The notes beneath the pieces are model-generated. The model searched no databases. It had not been told where the DNA came from and worked only from the letters and a program-made list of their open reading frames with translations. The position numbers and the translations under genes are program-made. A stretch of DNA of 63,984 bases, counting the filler, from an uncultured bacterium (GTDB taxonomy: Bacteria; CAYJRR01), in assembly GCA_964372275.1 (NCBI GenBank). It is 3 parts of 3 records of this genome, joined end to end, with 100 filler letters (N's around TTAATTAATTAA, not from the genome) between each part and the next. Parts side by side here need not be neighbours in the genome. Positions count along the whole stretch, not along the records: positions 26,844 to 53,333 come from CAYJRR010000062.1; positions 53,434 to 63,984 come from CAYJRR010000150.1; 1 more part is not named here. One strand, written 5' to 3'. Within the stretch, counting starts at the first letter, position 1, and every line of letters begins with the position of its first letter. Shown here piece by piece: positions 50,397-60,527 of this stretch.

Positions 50397-52472
50397 TTGC
50401 ATTCGATCCGACCGTCGGGGATCGCGAGGCTGACGCGACTGCGGGCGTGGCTCGCGATCGCGCTCGCCCTGGCCGCGGTCTACGCCGGCAGCGCCTGCGA
50501 TCGCCCGAAGGAACGCCGATACCTCGCCGGCGGCGGCACGAAGCTCGTCTTCGACCTCCGCTATCCGCCGCTCGTTTCGTCCACCGCGGGGGACGCGCCG
50601 ACGGTCACCTGCGGCGGAACCCGGTCGTGGCTCCTGCGCCTCGACGCCGAAGCCGACGGCGTCTGGGAACGGACGCTCCTCTTCAACTCCGCGCGCAACG
50701 CCATCTACGGCTGCGGGGACCCTCGCGAGCGGTGCGACGACTTCCAGCTCCGGTTCGACATCGGCCCGGTGCAGCGGGCGATACTGGAGGGGCTCGACGT
50801 CGAGCCCGAGGATTTCGCCGACGGCGGCGTGAACGTCGTCTGCCGGGGGATCGCCGACGGCCCCGTCCGTGGGGAGGACCTGCGGGAGTCGCCGCTTCCG
50901 ACGCCGACCCCGGCCTCGGGCTCGGCGCCGTCGAACCTCCCGACGCGGGAGATCGCCGTGACGTTGCGCATGCTGCGCGTCGGAGAGTCGAACGCCCTCC
51001 CGTTCGAGGGCCCGTCCCCCCCCAACGTCCGCTACGGCGCGGCCGCCAGCTACTCCAGCCGTCGCTTCGGCATCGGCATGGGCACCGCCGAGACCGACCC
51101 GCGAGGCGCCGTCCTGTTCGCCGGCGGCGTGATCTCCAGCGGCGGCACCGCCACCATCCCGGACGAGGTCTGGCTGTTCCGACCACAGACCCTGACGTGG
51201 TCGACCGCGGGCCTCTCGTTGCCGAACGCCGGCGCGACGATGACGGCCACGCTCTACCCGGACCAGGGGGCGGAACCGGCGGTCCTGCTCCTGGGCGGAG
51301 CGCGGAGCGCCTCGATCCTTCAGAGCGCCACCGCGAGTGCGTTCCGCTACAACGGAGGCGACCTCGAGCCGCCGATCGTTTCGATTCCGACGCCCGTCCT
51401 CGCGCAGGCCTATCACACCGCTCACCTCGTTCCGCGCGCGCCGGCGGACGGGGGCCCGATCGTCGTGCTGTTCGGCGGCATCGACTTCAACCCCGTCAAC
51501 CAGGATCCGCAGCTGGGGAACTTCCGGGACGCCTTCCAGGTCTTCGTCCCGCCGGGCTCCTCCTATCCCCCCTGCACCGTATCCGGTCCCTTCTTCTGCT
51601 CCTCGCTGACCGGCACCCAGACCTGCCTGCTCAACGCCGATCGATGCCTCCTGCCGGCTCGTGGCTCCCATGTGGGGATCTACTACGAGCCCACGGCGGG
51701 CCTCTCGGCCGTGCTGGTATCGGGGGGGCGCGTGCAGGGCGGAACGAGCTACAGCGCGCAGGTGAGCCACTATTCGGGCGAGGACTACTTCGGGGCGAAT
51801 TCCACTCAGCCCGACGAATTGAGCGAATCGATGGCGGCTGTCGTCACAACCAGTGGAGATAGCACGATCGACCGGCGCCCCATCGTGATGGGCGGCCGCA
51901 CCTCGAACGCGGTTTCGAGCGCCTACTACTTCGCCGCCGACCTGACGATCCAGCCGCTGCCGCCGCTGCGGGTGGCGCGAAGCACCGGCTCGGCCGTCGC
52001 GCTTCGGGACCGGACGATCCTGGTTCTGGGCGGTCGAAGCGGGTTCCCCTCGACCTCGAGCTTCGACTCCGTCGAGCGGTTCGTCCCCCTTCCGGGGGCG
52101 CCACACGGCCGGTTCGAGTTCCTGTCGACGCTGCGCTCCACCTCCTGCACGACCGCCGGCAGCGATCCCGGCGACTGCGCGCGACTGATCGCCCGTCGCC
52201 ATGGCCAACAGAGCGTGGCGCTCGAGGGGACGCAGACCTGGCTCGATGGGGCGGTGCTCGTCATCGGCGGCGCCGAACCGCAGACGACTTCGCTCCCGTC
52301 GACCGAGCTGTTCGTCCCCGCCTACGACTGCATCGGCACCGAGCCGGCGAGCCCGGGAACGAACGAAGACGCGGAAGCGTCTTCCAACGTCACGCTTCCC
52401 GCCCTTTGCGATCGCGGGCGCGCCGCCGAGCCGCTCACCGATCCCGAGACCGGCCGCATCTCCGGCGAATAG
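50397..52472 (+). CDS. Kelch-repeat lipoprotein
   Basis: GSAC lipobox; repeated VL..GG, R.GHQ/R.GSH motifs; Cys-rich loops. Confidence 0.75.
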   Translation: MHSIRPSGIARLTRLRAWLAIALALAAVYAGSACDRPKERRYLAGGGTKLVFDLRYPPLVSSTAGDAPTVTCGGTRSWLLRLDAEADGVWERTLLFNSARNAIYGCGDPRERCDDFQLRFDIGPVQRAILEGLDVEPEDFADGGVNVVCRGIADGPVRGEDLRESPLPTPTPASGSAPSNLPTREIAVTLRMLRVGESNALPFEGPSPPNVRYGAAASYSSRRFGIGMGTAETDPRGAVLFAGGVISSGGTATIPDEVWLFRPQTLTWSTAGLSLPNAGATMTATLYPDQGAEPAVLLLGGARSASILQSATASAFRYNGGDLEPPIVSIPTPVLAQAYHTAHLVPRAPADGGPIVVLFGGIDFNPVNQDPQLGNFRDAFQVFVPPGSSYPPCTVSGPFFCSSLTGTQTCLLNADRCLLPARGSHVGIYYEPTAGLSAVLVSGGRVQGGTSYSAQVSHYSGEDYFGANSTQPDELSESMAAVVTTSGDSTIDRRPIVMGGRTSNAVSSAYYFAADLTIQPLPPLRVARSTGSAVALRDRTILVLGGRSGFPSTSSFDSVERFVPLPGAPHGRFEFLSTLRSTSCTTAGSDPGDCARLIARRHGQQSVALEGTQTWLDGAVLVIGGAEPQTTSLPSTELFVPAYDCIGTEPASPGTNEDAEASSNVTLPALCDRGRAAEPLTDPETGRISGE

Positions 52473-52476
52473 GACG

Positions 52477-53253
52477 TCAGGCGGTGACGGCGTGTGGCTT
52501 CTCGCGCGGGGTGCCGTCGTCGAGCTCGGCGCGGACCACTTCGTAGATCGCCTTCTTGGTGAGGAGATCGCGGTGCGAGATCTCCCCTTCGACCAGCACG
52601 TTCTTGACGTTCGGGGCGTCGACCTCGAGCAGGCAGCAGGGATAGGGACATATGCGGTCGGTCTTCGAATAGACGCTCACGATCCGAGACTCGGGCGGGA
52701 AGGGCCCCTTCTTGAGCCGGCGGATGAACAGGCTCATCGGCGCGATCTGCCAGATGGCGCGGCTGAACAGGCCGACGGTCAGCATCCCGGCGAGCGCGAT
52801 CGGCGTCCCGTGGTGCGGGGTGCCGAGGGTGATCAGGTTCCGCACGTATCGCGCCCCGCCGAGCCGCTTCACGTAGTAGCGCGCGACAAGACCCCCCATC
52901 GAATGCGCCACGATGTCGATCTTCGGGAGGTCGTGGCGCGAGACCAGGCGCTCCACCTTCTCGGCGATCAGTTTGGCCAGGTCCTCGAGCCCGCCGGTGT
53001 TGAAGGTGTCGAACAGCCCACCCTGGTTGATCGACCAGACGCAGAATCCGTCACGGCGAAGCCGGTTCTCGATCACGCCCAGGACCCGCCGGGTCTGCGC
53101 GAATCCGTAGATCAGGAGGACCGGCCGCTCGCAGCGCGAGAAGTCGGTCCGCCGTTCGATCCGGTTCCCGCGCGCCAGCGACGACCGCACGTACGACGCG
53201 AGATCCCCCAGATCCCGCCGCAGCCGCCTGAGCCAGGGACGGAGGCGATTCAA
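52477..53253 (-). CDS. alpha/beta hydrolase (lipase/esterase)
   Basis: PVLLIYG, IVAHSMGGLVAR, ITLGTPHHGT, D..CP, SH. Confidence 0.88.
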   Translation of the reverse strand: MNRLRPWLRRLRRDLGDLASYVRSSLARGNRIERRTDFSRCERPVLLIYGFAQTRRVLGVIENRLRRDGFCVWSINQGGLFDTFNTGGLEDLAKLIAEKVERLVSRHDLPKIDIVAHSMGGLVARYYVKRLGGARYVRNLITLGTPHHGTPIALAGMLTVGLFSRAIWQIAPMSLFIRRLKKGPFPPESRIVSVYSKTDRICPYPCCLLEVDAPNVKNVLVEGEISHRDLLTKKAIYEVVRAELDDGTPREKPHAVTA

Positions 53254-53333
53254 GAATCACCGTCCAATCTGTTCGCCCTTCGGGCGACATCGGGGATTCC
53301 CCGAACCCCTCCATTCTATCGCAGCCCCCGCCC

Positions 53334-53432
53334 NNNNNNNNNNNNNNNNNNNNNNNNNNNNNNNNNNNNNNNNNNNNTTAATTAATTAANNNNNNNNNNN
53401 NNNNNNNNNNNNNNNNNNNNNNNNNNNNNNNN
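53334..53432. other. artificial contig linker
   Basis: N run - TTAATTAATTAA - N run. Confidence 0.97.
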
Positions 53433-54150
53433 NGTCGACGGTCGGACCGACGAACGGGCGCTTCGGCTTTCCGACCTCGCGCTGCAACTGCGCCTGCGCT
53501 TCGAGGAGGACCTGGGCCTCCTGGTGGCCGAACATGATGGCGTCGGCCATGTCGTCCTCGGAGACCATCTTGGCCTCCCCTTCGACCATCGACACCGCGT
53601 CGCGGGACGCGCCGACGACGATCTCCATGTCGCTCTGAGCCATCTGCTCGCGGGTCGGGTTGGCGACGAACTTGCCGTCGATGCGGCCGACGCGGATTCC
53701 CGCCAGCGGACCGGCCCAGGGGATGTCGGAAAGCATCAGCGCCGTCGAGGCGCCGGTCATCGCCAGCACGTCGATGACGTTGTCGTCGTTCCCCGACGCC
53801 ATCACCGTCGCGATCACCTGGATCTCGCTGCGCCACCCCTTGGGGAAGAGCGGGCGGATCGGCCGGTCGATCAGCCGCGAGGTGAGGATCTCGCGCTCGC
53901 CCAGCCGCCCCTCGCGCTTGAAGAAGCCGCCCGGGATCTTCCCGGCAGCGAAGGTCTTCTCCACGTACTCGACGGTGAGCGGGAGGAAGTCGATCCCTTC
54001 ACGGGGCTTGGGCGCGCCCACGACCGTCACCAGGACCGCGCTCTCGCCACACGACGCCAACACGGAGCCGCCCGCCTGCTTCGCGAGCCGGCCGGTCTCC
54101 AGGGTGATCTCGCGACCCCCGACGGAGACCTTCACTTTTCGCACGTTCAT
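53433..54150 (-). CDS. pnp: polyribonucleotide nucleotidyltransferase, 3' partial
   Basis: [44 protein letters not shown]. Confidence 0.97.
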
Positions 54151-54416
54151 TTGCGCAGCCCGAGCTCTTTCACGACCTTGGCGTAACGGGCCGGATCCTT
54201 CGCCTTCAGGTAGTCGAGCATCCGACGGCGCTGCCCGACGATCTTGAGGAGTCCACGACGCGAGTGGTGATCCTTCGCGTGCGACTTGAAGTGCTCGGTG
54301 AGCTGGTTGATCCGCTCGGTCAGGAGCGCGACCTGGACTTCGGGGGAGCCGGTGTCGACGTCGTGAAGCCGATGCTTCTCGACGATCGCCTTCTTGGCCA
54401 ATGGCTGGAGCGACAT
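54147..54416 (-). CDS. rpsO: 30S ribosomal protein S15
   Basis: [28 protein letters not shown]. Confidence 0.98.
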   Translation of the reverse strand: MSLQPLAKKAIVEKHRLHDVDTGSPEVQVALLTERINQLTEHFKSHAKDHHSRRGLLKIVGQRRRMLDYLKAKDPARYAKVVKELGLRK

Positions 54417-54473
54417 TCGCTTAATTCCTTGTCTTTGCTTGTTTTTCTCTTCTTTGGTGTCGTGAAGAGGCGC

Positions 54474-54503
54474 ACTCTAGCGAACCCCCCTCGACCAAGT
54501 CAA
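54474..54503 (-). promoter_or_regulatory. sigma70-like promoter of rpsO
   Basis: Minus strand TTGACT-18 nt-TAGAGT. Confidence 0.55.
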
Positions 54504-54536
54504 GCGCGCATCCCACCGAGGGATTTTCCGATCCGT

Positions 54537-55433
54537 CTAGAGCACGCGGTCGAGGACGACCCGGCCCCGGTCGACCGTCGCAATCGCCAGGACCCGTCCG
54601 GCGGTGTCGACCACCCGCCGGTGGCCTGCGGTGCCACGGTCGTCGCGGGCCGCGGCGAGCGGTGGCCGGCCGTGCGCCACACCGAGCGCCTCTCGGTCGT
54701 CCACGCGAAGGTCGGGCATCGGGAGGGCGATCCGGTTGACGGGGACGATGCGCGCGCGCGCGGAGGCCGGATCGGCGACGACCGTGTCGAGCGGTACGGC
54801 CTCCTCCACCCGATAGGACCCGGACGCGGTGCGTCGAAGCGCGGCGAGATGACCGCCGACGCCGAGCGCTTCGCCGAGATCGCGGGCGATCGCGCGGATG
54901 TAGGTCCCCTTGGAGACGTGCAGCGAGAGTCCGGCGCGCGCGCGCGGACCGGGGTCGAAGCGGTCGAGGGTGAGGGCGTGCACCGTCACGTCGCGGGGCT
55001 CGAGCGCGATCGCCTCGCCGCGGCGCGCCCGGTCGTACATCCGCTCCCCGTCGCGCTGGATCGCCGAGACGTCCGGCGGAACCTGCCGGATCGCACCCCG
55101 GAACGCGGCCATCGCCCGGACGAGGTCGTCCCGACCGATCGTCGATGCGTCGGCCGAGGCCGTCTCCCGGCCGGTCGCGTCGTCGGTGTCGGTGCGGGCC
55201 CCCAGCACGACGATCGCCTCGTACCGTTTGTCGGCGCCCGAGAGATAGCCCGCGATCTTCGTCGCCCGTCCGAGACAGACGAGCAAGAGCCCGGTGGCGA
55301 ACGGATCGAGCGTTCCGGCGTGCCCCGCTTTCGAAGCGCCCAGGGCGACCTTCACCCGCGTCACCGCGGTCTGGGACGTCGGCCCCGCCGGCTTGTCGAC
55401 GAGGAGGAGACCGTCGTTGTCGGCCACGCTCAC
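54537..55433 (-). CDS. truB: tRNA pseudouridine(55) synthase
   Basis: DKPAGPTS, GHAGTLDPFATG, SKGTYIR, LRRT. Confidence 0.96.
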   Translation of the reverse strand: MSVADNDGLLLVDKPAGPTSQTAVTRVKVALGASKAGHAGTLDPFATGLLLVCLGRATKIAGYLSGADKRYEAIVVLGARTDTDDATGRETASADASTIGRDDLVRAMAAFRGAIRQVPPDVSAIQRDGERMYDRARRGEAIALEPRDVTVHALTLDRFDPGPRARAGLSLHVSKGTYIRAIARDLGEALGVGGHLAALRRTASGSYRVEEAVPLDTVVADPASARARIVPVNRIALPMPDLRVDDREALGVAHGRPPLAAARDDRGTAGHRRVVDTAGRVLAIATVDRGRVVLDRVL

Positions 55434-55813
55434 TCCGATTCGTCGAGGTCGGCCGCGCCGCGGCGCTCGCGGTCGAGCTTGGCGAGGATCCCCATCACCC
55501 GGTCGGCGCGCTCCGCCGCCTCGTCGAGCACGAACCGAAGCTCGGGGACCGAGCGAATCGACATCCGATGCAACAGTTCGCGCCGCAGGAATCCGGCCGC
55601 GCGCGACAACCCCTTGACCGTCGCCTCCCGCTCCTTCGGATCGCCGATCACCTGCACGAACACCTTCGCGTTCCGCAGATCGCGCGACACCTCCACCCCC
55701 GACACGGTCGCGGAACGGATGCGCGGATCCTTGAGGCCACGGAGCAGGATCTCCGCCAGCTCCTCGCGGATCACGCGGGCCAGGCGGGCGGGTCGATTGG
55801 AGGGGCGGGGCAT
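55430..55813 (-). CDS. rbfA: 30S ribosome-binding factor A
   Basis: R..RL...IREEL, KDPR, VSRDLRNAKV, VPELRF.LD; upstream of truB. Confidence 0.95.
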   Translation of the reverse strand: MPRPSNRPARLARVIREELAEILLRGLKDPRIRSATVSGVEVSRDLRNAKVFVQVIGDPKEREATVKGLSRAAGFLRRELLHRMSIRSVPELRFVLDEAAERADRVMGILAKLDRERRGAADLDESE

Positions 55814-55973
55814 GGAGCCACGCGACGCTAGCGCGGGAGGCGTGCGGAGGGAAGGAGCACGATTCGGTGCTCGTCTCGAATTGCGGTAGCAGGCGTAGGC
55901 GAGGGAACGACCTCCACCCGGGGGTCCCACGCCCCGGTTCCGGCGCGGGGAGGCGGCGACGACAGTGGTTTGC

Positions 55974-56921
55974 CTAGGGTGCACCCTGGCTCTTCGGGGC
56001 GCCGACGCAGATTGAAGCCTCGCAGTGTCGCTCGCCACGAGCGTTCGGCCTCGGACCTTCGCCGGCGCAGGTCCCTTCCTTTCTCCGGCGGATCGCCCTC
56101 TCGATGCGTTCCGCCCCGAACTCGTTCCGGGCGTGGAGGGCATTGCAGCCCCGACAGGTCACGCGGAGGTTGGACGGCTCGGACCCTCCTCCCTTGGCAA
56201 CCGGGACGATGTGATCGATCTCCAGCCGGTGGCGTGAGCCACACCGACGGCCGTCGGCCCGCGTCCAGGAACACCGTCCCCCGTCCCGGTTCCACACCTC
56301 CCGCCGCACCGCGGCCGGGATCGTTCCCCGCGTGCCCGGTTTCGGCTCCGCATCGCGCGCCGGAGCGGCGCAGGGCGGCGGCTCGAGCGGCGAGGCCGGT
56401 TGCGGCGGCGCGACGAGGGTCTCCGACGCAGCGGTCGGCGACGGAGCCGACCGCGTCGCGGGAAGCGTGCGGACCTTCGCTGGCGAAGGTAGGCGGATCC
56501 GGTCTTCCGGTACGGGCACGGCCTCCGGGCTCTTTACCGCCGCGACCAGCCGCTCGACCTCCTGTTTCGGTCTCTTGGACGCGGCATCGAACAGGTCGCG
56601 GGCATTGTCCGGAGTGAGAACCGGTTCGAGCAACGTGAGCGTCGTCATCCACAGTCGCCCGTCCCGGAGGTAGTCGGCCGCGAAGGGGAAGCGCTGAAGG
56701 ATGGCGGCGGCGTGGGTACGGCGGTAGGTGGGACCCTCTGTGAGACCGAGCGCCTCGCGGCAATAGACCGATAGACTCGAGTACCCGAGGGCCTCGTGCA
56801 TCTTCCGCCGCTCGAACTCGGCCAGGTGGAGCAGAAAGTCGACCTTGACTCGGCACTCACTCCCCAAGAGCTCGCGCAGGCGGACATCGAAGTGCTGCGG
56901 ATCCATCGCGGGATTCGACAT
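55974..56921 (-). CDS. HNH endonuclease with helical (DUF222-like) N-terminus
   Basis: LGYSSL..YC..LG, IPAAVRREVW.RDGGRC..C..LEIDHIVP.AKGG..NLR..C..CN; GGAGG SD. Confidence 0.88.
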   Translation of the reverse strand: MSNPAMDPQHFDVRLRELLGSECRVKVDFLLHLAEFERRKMHEALGYSSLSVYCREALGLTEGPTYRRTHAAAILQRFPFAADYLRDGRLWMTTLTLLEPVLTPDNARDLFDAASKRPKQEVERLVAAVKSPEAVPVPEDRIRLPSPAKVRTLPATRSAPSPTAASETLVAPPQPASPLEPPPCAAPARDAEPKPGTRGTIPAAVRREVWNRDGGRCSWTRADGRRCGSRHRLEIDHIVPVAKGGGSEPSNLRVTCRGCNALHARNEFGAERIERAIRRRKEGTCAGEGPRPNARGERHCEASICVGAPKSQGAP

Positions 56922-57423
56922 GGAAACCTCCATGCTTTCCGGGCAACACGAGGTCTCCGGAGGCAATGGGAGACGCCCTACCGGGCGCAGCACCGCAAGG
57001 ACGCGCCGAACGAACGCTACGCTCTTTGCGGTGCCGGGCGAGCCGCGTGGCCACGCCAGGACGTACCGTTGACGCCTTCTGTCGAATCCAAGCCCCGATG
57101 ACGTGCGCGAGCTGTCAACAATGAAATGCGGTCCGTCCAAGAAATTCAGAGGCTCCGACCCAGGACATCGCGGACGAATTTGGCCGACGACATCGAGGGC
57201 AGCTTCCCTTCGCCACCTCTCCCGGCGGAGATCCGCGGGACCGACTCGCGGCATCACCGGATGACGACCCGAGCATCGCCCGCGTCCCGCGCGACGGCGG
57301 ATGCCGTCTCGTTCGAAGGCGCGAATCCGCCTGTGACGGACGTCGTGCGGGATCCGGAACCGGCCGACTGCCGCGCCGGCGAGGACCGCAGCCCCAGACG
57401 CGGACTCGCCCCGCCGCGATCCC

Positions 57424-57756
57424 CTACTTCTTCCGCTTCGCGCCCGCCTTCCGCTTCCCCGCCCGTTTCCCTCCGTCCGCAGACGTCGCCGTTTCGTCCT
57501 GCACCAGGCGAAAGGTCGCGGTGATCTCGAGCTTGCGTCCGTCCAGCAGGCGGTCGAGCTCCAGCCCGGGTTCGACCCGGTCGAGGAAGCGCCGCAGCTC
57601 GCGCTCGAAGATCCCGAGGAACTCGGACTTCCAGCCGCCGACCTGCTCGGCGAGGTAGTTGAGCGCGACGTTTTGCGCCGACATGCCGGTGTCGAACAGG
57701 CGCTTCACCGTGCCGCGGACGAAGCCCTGCGGGGTCCGATCGTCGTCTTCGGTCAT
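57424..57756 (-). CDS. small hypothetical protein
   Basis: 110 aa, GGAGG SD, ATGA overlap with Kelch gene. Confidence 0.65.
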   Translation of the reverse strand: MTEDDDRTPQGFVRGTVKRLFDTGMSAQNVALNYLAEQVGGWKSEFLGIFERELRRFLDRVEPGLELDRLLDGRKLEITATFRLVQDETATSADGGKRAGKRKAGAKRKK

Positions 57757-60527
57757 GGCAGGTTTGGGTTCCTCCAGGTGGACGGGGTGTAGACCTCGAC
57801 GGAGGCCAGGGGCTGGTTCGCCACCTCATCATAGCCTCCGGCGACGACGATCCGCCCGTCCGAGAGGCGCACCACGGCCGGGGTGCTGCGCGCGGTGACG
57901 AGCGACGGGCCGGCGGTCAACCCCACCCCGTCGGTGTAGCGGTCGACCTCGCGCGCCGACATGTCGGCCGACCCCCGCGACCCGCCGATCATCCAGGTCT
58001 CTCCGTTCGCGACCGACAGCACCGCCATCCGCTCGCGCGCGGCGGAGAGGCTCCCCGCGGCGTCGAACCCGCTCCCGTCGAACGATTCGCAGCTCGACAG
58101 CGATCCCGCGGTCGCGACGGCCGGCTGCCCTCCGCAGACGACCGCGCCTCCGGCACCGACCGGGAAGGCGGCGTGGTCGCGCCGGGCCTGCTGCATCGGG
58201 CCGGTCGGGGCGTACGCGTCCCCCGCCGGGTTGTAGAGGATCGCCGCCGCGCTGATGGTGGCCGGATTGCCGTCGACGCCGCCGGTGAGCAGGACCTTGC
58301 CATCGCTCAGGCGCGCCGCGGCGTGGCGGGCGCGCGACGTCGGGGTACCCGCGGCCGACCACGACGCGCCGGCGAACCGGTCGGCGAGCGCTTGCGGCGT
58401 GCCGCCGATCTCGGCGCCGTGCGCGAGCACCCCTCCGTCGGCGAGCGCGACCAGCGCGTGGAAGGCGCGCGGGCTGGGCAGCGCGGCGACGGTGCTCCAG
58501 GAGGCGGTCGTCAGGTCGAACAGGTCGGCCGCCGCGACCGGTCCGTCGGCCGTGTCGAGCCCGCCCGCGAACAGCACGCCGGCGCCGAACCTCGCCGCCG
58601 CAACGCGGCGGCGTGGGGTCGGCACCGACGACGCGATCGCGGCGGTCGCGCCGTCGGTCGGATCGAAGCGATCGCTCGCCGCCTCCCCGCCCAGACCGCC
58701 CAGGACCGCGACCGCCCCGTCGGCGAGCTGCGCGGCGAACCCCTCGCCGTGCGGCGACGGAAGGGGGAACGGCGCCAGGACGAAGCGCCCGACCGGACCG
58801 AGCAGGAGCGTCACCGGACCCGACCGCTGCCTCCCCGGCGGCACGGCGGCAGCGCTGGCCCCCCAGGCGACGACCTCCGCGCCGGAAAGCGCCTCCAGCG
58901 TCAGGTGAAGCGGACCGTCGAAGAAGTGATTTTCGACTTCGACCGGGTCCAGTCCGGCGTCGAAGGTCCACTCCCCCACCTGCGATGCGGCGTCGTACAT
59001 GCGGAGGCGGAAGCGCTCGGCGGCCAGGGCTTCGAGGCTCTCCCCCGCCGGCAGGAGCGGCGTGATCTCGAGCGGCCCGCGCGTCGACAGCGGGAGCGCG
59101 TCGGGGGACGGATTGTAGATCTCGATCCGCGCGTCGCCGGACGAGCCGCCCAGGAGCCACGCCGTCCCGTCGCGCATCGCCACCCCGAAACCGGATCCGA
59201 CGTGCGTCCCGTCCGACGGCGAGGTGGCCTCCCCCCGCTCGTCGTCGCTCTCCCACACCACCGCATCGCGTGCCGGCGATCCGCTTTGCCCCAGCCCTCC
59301 ACCGAGGAGGACCCGCCCGTCGGCGATCGGAACGGCCACCCCCGACGATCCGTGCCGGCGATCGCGTTCCCGCGCGAACCGGGACGCGACGGCGTCGGCG
59401 AGATCGAGCACCTCGAGCGCCGCGCTCGCCTCGCGCGTGGAGTAAGCGAGCCCCCCGGCGACGAGGAGCCGGCCGCCCGCGAGCGGCGACACCGAGGCCG
59501 CGTAGCGGCCGACGCGCAGCCGGTCGGCGAAGTGCGAGATCGCGATCCCTCCGTCCGACCGGTCGGAGACGATCGAAACGTCGTCGTTCGCGGTCGGCGA
59601 GTCGCCGCCGAGGATCGCGACGCGCCCGTCCGGCAGCGCGACGACCGACGACTGCTCGGCGGGAGCCGCGCCTTCGATCGCGACGAACGTCCCGGCGTCG
59701 GGGTCGTGGACCGTCGGCGGAAACGCCGGATCGCCGAGCTGGGCGTCTCCGCCGCCGGCGAGGATCACCTTCCCCGAGCGGAGACGAGCCCCTTGCAGTG
59801 CGCGCGCGGCCTGCGGCAGCTCGCCGGCAAGCTCCACCCCGCCCGGATCGTCCGCGTCGCCCCGCTTCGGCACGCGGATCACGTCGCACGGCCGCAGGAG
59901 CCCCTGGGAGCCGAGCCCGCCGGCGACCAGCACCCGACCGTCGGAGAGCTCGACCAGCAGGGCGCGGCTGCGGTTCCGGGTGAGTGGCGCGAGCGACCGC
60001 CACTGCCCCGTGTCCGGATCGTAGAGGTCGACCGCGGTCGAGAACTGAACCGACTCGACGCCGCCGGCCATCAGGATCCGGCCGTCCTCGAGCCTCGTCA
60101 CCGCGGCGTCCGACCGCAGCGCCGCCGGGAGCGCGGGCGGCGCCGAGAAGCGGTCGACCTCCGAGAAGTAGATCCCCAGCACCCGCCCGGCCGCCTCTCC
60201 GGGCGGCACGAGCTCGCTCCGTCCGACCTTCACCACCCGGCCGGACGCGTCCAGCCCTTCGACGCGAACCTGCAGGCGCCGGTCGAGGTCGGCGTGGACC
60301 GGGGGGACCGACCACGAATCGCCGACGTCGAAGGTCCTGGACGAGAGCGTCTCGCCCCCCTGCAGCACCCGTATCCGGATCCGGTCGAGATCGGCGAACG
60401 GCTCGGCCTCGTCGTGCGGAGACAGGATCCGCGTCTTGAGCTCGACCGTGCGACCGTCCCGACAGGAGCCCGCGAGCCCGAAGAGGACCAGGAGCGCGGC
60501 GCGAGGCAGGAGGGTGGCAGGAGGCAT
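57753..60527 (-). CDS. double Kelch-propeller lipoprotein
   Basis: AGSC lipobox; about 12 L.DG.VL.AGG repeats in two blocks, each preceded by a beta-sandwich. Confidence 0.85.
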   Translation of the reverse strand: MPPATLLPRAALLVLFGLAGSCRDGRTVELKTRILSPHDEAEPFADLDRIRIRVLQGGETLSSRTFDVGDSWSVPPVHADLDRRLQVRVEGLDASGRVVKVGRSELVPPGEAAGRVLGIYFSEVDRFSAPPALPAALRSDAAVTRLEDGRILMAGGVESVQFSTAVDLYDPDTGQWRSLAPLTRNRSRALLVELSDGRVLVAGGLGSQGLLRPCDVIRVPKRGDADDPGGVELAGELPQAARALQGARLRSGKVILAGGGDAQLGDPAFPPTVHDPDAGTFVAIEGAAPAEQSSVVALPDGRVAILGGDSPTANDDVSIVSDRSDGGIAISHFADRLRVGRYAASVSPLAGGRLLVAGGLAYSTREASAALEVLDLADAVASRFARERDRRHGSSGVAVPIADGRVLLGGGLGQSGSPARDAVVWESDDERGEATSPSDGTHVGSGFGVAMRDGTAWLLGGSSGDARIEIYNPSPDALPLSTRGPLEITPLLPAGESLEALAAERFRLRMYDAASQVGEWTFDAGLDPVEVENHFFDGPLHLTLEALSGAEVVAWGASAAAVPPGRQRSGPVTLLLGPVGRFVLAPFPLPSPHGEGFAAQLADGAVAVLGGLGGEAASDRFDPTDGATAAIASSVPTPRRRVAAARFGAGVLFAGGLDTADGPVAAADLFDLTTASWSTVAALPSPRAFHALVALADGGVLAHGAEIGGTPQALADRFAGASWSAAGTPTSRARHAAARLSDGKVLLTGGVDGNPATISAAAILYNPAGDAYAPTGPMQQARRDHAAFPVGAGGAVVCGGQPAVATAGSLSSCESFDGSGFDAAGSLSAARERMAVLSVANGETWMIGGSRGSADMSAREVDRYTDGVGLTAGPSLVTARSTPAVVRLSDGRIVVAGGYDEVANQPLASVEVYTPSTWRNPNLP

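Noticed and set aside
53334-53432. Second TTAATTAATTAA repeat and lipase-pnp adjacency
   Set aside because: Same artificial linker
55814-55973. Possible tRNA/ncRNA between HNH and rbfA
   Set aside because: No cloverleaf, T-loop or recognisable RNA family on either strand
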